The notes under the pieces: model-generated
Database searches by the model: none
Told to the model about the DNA's origin: nothing
What the model saw: only the letters and a program-made list of their open reading frames with translations
In this document: one piece after another, positions 58,993 through 64,000 of the stretch
Numbering within the stretch: position 1 is the stretch's first letter
Layout of the letters: every line of letters starts with the position of its first letter
Assembly: GCA_002633005.1 (NCBI GenBank)
Contig: NMRA01000124.1
Span: 235,493-299,492, forward strand
Direction of reading: 5' to 3'
Origin: Phoronis australis
Taxonomy: Eukaryota > Animalia > Phoronida
DNA: 64,000 bases
Made by a program: the position numbers and the translations under genes

Positions 58993-61900
58993 AAATATTT
59001 TGTTAGTAATTCTTGTTGTTTGATTGTTTGTTTGTTTATTTGTTGTGTTCATAGTCACTATGTTTTAAGTTCTTATCTAGTGCCCGTATTTCTATGTTTG
59101 ATTGCCATTCTATGATATCTAGCCTGTATTTGCACGACTGGTTGCAGATTCATGCTAATACTTTAATGTTTTAAGAATAAATTTTAGTTTCCTATAATTT
59201 ATCATGATCAAGCGTACTGTGTACAATAGTGGCGGCTCTACGATGCCGTTTAACTGTCGGTGTCCAGTCATCACTATAGCATAATGTAGTCTGTTCTGTG
59301 AGTCAAGCATGCGTAGCACAAGTGAATATATCGCATTTGGGTCGTCGATGACTCATGAGTAATCAGTGTTCACATATTAGCAAAACGTCTATAAATTTCT
59401 CCAAACTTCAAAAATGTAGCAATTCTTATCAACCGCACCCGTTGTAGACATGACGACTCCGCAAATTACCCGGTTAACCCACCCACCCCCTTTTATAAGA
59501 ATCCACACGTCTTTCGTAATACGGGAATATTCAATATGCAACGGAATAACAACTTATTCTTATCACTGCTGTCTCTTTATTTATCACATATTACTCTAAA
59601 ACTGAGTCGTTGCACAACCTCCGATTGCGGATTTGTAGGATGTACGTGACTGCACTGAGTGTGAATGGCATGCACGCACCCAGGGTGAGTCTCGAGGGCT
59701 CGAACGAGCCCCTTCCCCCAATTTGGCGAAGTGGACTAAAAGGTCCGCTTCAGAGAAACAAAAATGTACGAAAAAGTAGAAAACGAGACAAAAGTCCACT
59801 AAGAAGGCAGGAACTAACAAAATTCGGCGAATGCACAATTCATAGCTCTGAACGTACCTCGTTTTTTTTTTAGTAAAAGGTGACATTCTCAAAAATTCGA
59901 GCCCCCCATTTTTTAGGCTAGGTGCGCGCGTGAACGCCATGCTTGAAATTGCTCCACATTCTGGTTTATGACTACAAATCGAGATGCCAACTCATGTCGC
60001 CTGAAATACCGGAAACTTGAGTAAAATCTCCAAATCGGACCTAAGAGGCCACATTATTAAATCAAGGAATTGCATAAGCAATGTAGTGATATAAAAATAG
60101 TGGTATAAATCATTATCAAGAGTCACGAGTTCCGAATAGCGTTAGAGCAGACGATATTTGAGCTTCCTCAAGTTTTTAGGCACAGTAGTACGATCGATTT
60201 CATAAATAAGGTTGAAAACCAACGAAGTGTCGTTGAGTTTCATAGCTTCATAATTAGCTTATTTCATAATTTCATATTTTGATGGCTGGTGTGTGGAAAG
60301 CAAACGTAAGTTTAGCCCTTGTCGGATATTCCAACATTAGACCGAATTCGAATGTCATCAGCATCCAAATACGTGATATCCCAGTTTATGTCAACTGGGG
60401 TTATGGCTTAGCAATGTATTTAGACCAAGGAATTACTGGGTGTTAAACTAGGACCAATATTACTCCCAGGTGTTAATTAGACCTTCATTATGTGGTGCAA
60501 TATTTGGCTCACAAAAGCACGGAAACAGATACAAAACCATTTTGCTCATTAGAAAAATAATGTTCAGCAGTCTAAAAAGCGAGAACATTTATATTTCCAG
60601 CTGCACGATGTCAACGACCTTGCCTTTTGATCCAGGCTATGAATCAATATTGGTTCCCAGGTAGAGTTCAGCAACTGTCTCGCTGCTAGAAAAACTAGCC
60701 CAAATCACGTTTTCTTATTTAAAATACACGGCAATATCCAGCGTAATCTCGCGAAGTCGTGCTATTCTAGCGAGGTCCTAGCGTTATTGAACTCTATCCA
60801 GGGCAAAATTACTGTATTTCTTTGCGCAGGGATTGACACGTCGTGGTTATTACGTAATCGCCCCAAGAATACTACTGATAGCGATTTTATTTACAAAGTG
60901 CTTAACAGCAACGGTTTTACTTAACCATTGTGTCAGTGTTGTCATAGCCAAACCCAACTGGTTGTATACAAAAAGATTAGCTATTCGCTATTTCGTTGGC
61001 TTGCTTATCTTCGGCGTGGTCAAATCCTTTCTGAATATCATCGTACTAGTCATTGAATGAGCACAATCTTTCTGGAAATTTTTAGTTGCTTGCACTTAAA
61101 AGAGCTTAGCTTACCATCAGATTAATTTCAAAAATAGTGTGATATTATGACACCTATATCAATGCAATATGCAATTTTTTACACACCACGAATTTTAAAA
61201 AGGTTTCAATCAGGTTTAAACTTATAACCGCTTTGGTGTGAACACTGCAGTTCTGACCGCGGATATTCCATTGCACTGATAGTCCGGATGTCGACTATAC
61301 CATCTATCTCACCGATAGCTTTCAACACCACTAGCTGACCTCGGGGTCATCTCGACAATCTCGATGCACGTTGATTTCCGCCAGCGCCCTATATGCTGGC
61401 CATAGCAAAATTGACCTGCTTGTCAGACTCGACTAAAGCGTTCATGGACATGAAGGTCTATTGATCAAATTACTGACATCGTTCGCGGCGATGGTTACAA
61501 CACCTTTTTCATTGAGCTAATTGGTAAAGTAGTACACGGTTGAGTGAATGACTTGGTATTGATTTCTGTCCATGCATTCTTGATATCGTTCACCTGCAAT
61601 TCAGACCTATGAAACTTGTTTTAAGCACTTACCAATATCAGGGGCCAATTTCTTTGGCAACTGGAATGACAGCATAAACGTGATCGCAGCCATGGTGCCA
61701 ACGAGTGTCGAATATTAATGGAACTGTTAAATAATCCTGATAACAGAAAGACCGTTTTCAGCTGTAACGCAGACGGAAAACTATGAGCTGAGCTGTGTGC
61801 TTCAAGTGAAATTAACCTCACGCCACTGTTACCCGCACACAGTGAGTTACAATGCTCACTGACCTGTAAACGAGATTCGTAGTACAAAGCGTAAACGTAC

Positions 61901-62309
61901 AACACATGTTTACAGTGAGAGAGAGCAAGAGATTTATTATTCAGTGCAGGGGCGGATCCAGGATTTTGAGTTAGGGAGACATTCGCGTTACCGCCTCGCG
62001 ACGCAAAATCCTTACAGTTCATATCGTTGCAGACGTGATCAATGACCTGAGCCTGCTCTTTTGCATTCGATGCGGGCAGCTACTTACACGGGCGGCGCTG
62101 GCCCAGTCTTAATTTTTAGTTCGATCTATGGTAGTAGTCAATGGTTTTTGAGCCAAGGTTGAATTTACGTCGCCCTATTTCAATAAAAGTTGTCGCCTGC
62201 TCAGTTTGGGCATCTCAAGTTTTACGCTGCACTGTGAAGGCTAAGAATAGCTCGATTTTTGAATCTGCCAGTGTTATGAGTGTTTGTCAAATGTTGACCC
62301 CTTGACCCA

Positions 62310-63460
62310 TTTTTATGCGCCCACATACTTATATACTTTCATTGCCGTCATCTTTGTCTGTCCGGGCGTCCGTCGTCCGGCGTCCGCAGCTGTATCTCCT
62401 AAACCCCTCACAGGATCTTGATGAGATTTGGCAGATGTGTTTATTGAAGCTGACGATCAGATGACGACGAATTTTGGACGTACCCGACTGCTGGTGTGCC
62501 CCCTAGTGGCAATTTTAATTTTTTACGTGTACCTCGATGTATCTTCAAAGGTCCTTAACGGATTTTCATGAAACTTGGAGCATAGGCATCTATTAATGAG
62601 ATGACGTTAGATCCAGGCGTTTTCGGATTCATTCGACGTACGTATTTTGCGACATCTAGTGGCTATTTTTACTTTTTTCGAGTTTTTTTGACGTCCGCCC
62701 CTCTATCAACCAAACTGCTCCAAGGATGATTGTGAAAATTGTTATATATGCGCTTACTATGAAGAGGGCGTCTGATCCGACGGCTTTGATTACTGTAGCA
62801 CCTTCTAGTGGCAGTTTTGTTTGATTTTGCAATTATGGTTGTATCCCGTATACGCTCTGCAGGGTATTTATTAAATTTATTAAGTATATTTATATGAAGT
62901 TGGCAAAGAATGACGATGACTTACGAACGGATCGGACTACCGGTGTGCTCCCTAGTGGCAATTTTAGTTTTTACGTTTACCTCTGTATTTTCAAAGATCC
63001 TCAACAGATTTTCATGAAATTTGGCAGATCGGAATTTATTAGTGAGACAACGCTTTTCTTCTCTTTTCCAATGGGTTCAAGGTATTTTGCGCCACCTAGT
63101 GGCCATTTTCACTTTTTTTTGCCGTTCGCCCCTCTGTCAACCGAATGATTTTAAAAATTGTCATATATGTTCCTACTGTGAAGAGGACGGATGACGGTGA
63201 TTTTCTAAGGATGATTTTAAAAATTGGCATATATGTTCCTACTGTGAAGAGGACGGATGACGGTGATTTTCCGACAACTTCGACTATTTTGGCACCTCCT
63301 AGGAGCAGTTTTGTTTTCTTTTGCGCTCATAGATTTATTTCCGAAACCCATTGCGGGAGCTTTATTAAACTTAACAAGGGTAATTATATGAAGTTGACAA
63401 CGGACAACAATGACTTTCAGACATATCCGATTATCGCTGTGCCCCCTAGTGGCAATTCAA
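62310..63460 (+). mobile_element. Helentron-associated element, longer copy with more core repeats
   Basis: Same head (TTTTTATGCGCCCACAT), GTCC microsatellite and repeated CCTAGTGGC cores as at 55871. Confidence 0.75.
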
Positions 63461-63853
63461 CGTTGCGCACCTGTGCTGAAGAATTAATATCCCGACTTAC
63501 TGATCGGCCAGTCGGGATACAGCCGTGTCGTTATCAGTTTGGCAGTGGCAAACCAATGTTTACTCAGTCCAGCTCTCTTATTGTCTGTTTTCATCTGATA
63601 ACCTGACGTAATCCACAATTACGTTGTAAACAGTGCGCCTGACACTAACCGATATTTAAAAATACTATTTCCAAACGACTTTCAACAAATGTCGTGAAGC
63701 AGATGTGTTTTGTATGAAATATTTCCACCAAAAACTTTCGAATGGTGAAAAACGGTTGACTTTCAGAGAAATTAGACTTAACTTTCACCTGTCAATTCCT
63801 TTGTGTGACTAAGGTCTGACCAGCTTAACCACGGTACTGCTTGACAAGTTTAA

Positions 63854-64000
63854 AGGCGAAGGCAACCTTTTTCCATGTCATTTTGAGCTAAAATAAGGTT
63901 GGTTGGTTATCCTAGACATATTTTTCACTTAATTACAGCTTTTCGTAATTTTATTAATTACTCGTCCGCTTTTCCGGAAGTGACGTTTTAGGAGGCAAGC
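63854..64000 (+). mobile_element. Kolobok-like element left end, running off the window
   Basis: TTAA|AGGCGAAGGCAACC..., near-identical to 20504 onward. Confidence 0.75.

Noticed and set aside
62894-63606. ORFs with duplicated MILKI..YVPTVKRTDDGDF
   Set aside because: Internal tandem duplication within a Helentron-associated repeat

Overview
This is intron-rich animal genomic DNA, probably from a marine invertebrate (inferred from the transposon repertoire), not prokaryotic. It holds three spliced genes. (1) The 3' part of the bifunctional glutamyl-prolyl-tRNA synthetase EPRS on + (end of GluRS, WHEP linker, complete ProRS, stop at 22758). (2) A complete 40S ribosomal protein RPS29 on - with a 5'TOP motif. 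(3) A divergent spermine synthase (SMS-like) on - with two U12-type minor introns; its first exon was not identified. Introns and intergenic DNA are dense with DNA-transposon derivatives (Kolobok-like, Harbinger/ISL2EU-like, AcademH-like, Helentron-associated), a solo LTR and minisatellites. Several single-N gaps are flanked by near-identical duplications, four of which differ by transposon insertions, suggesting two haplotypes assembled in tandem. The most striking observation is in RPS29 intron 2: a candidate 184-nt stop-codon-first cassette exon whose 3' splice site is predicted to pair with distal intron segments through G-U-containing helices that work only on the RPS29 sense strand. This suggests a structure-gated AS-NMD switch. 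All calls were made by eye without database searches.
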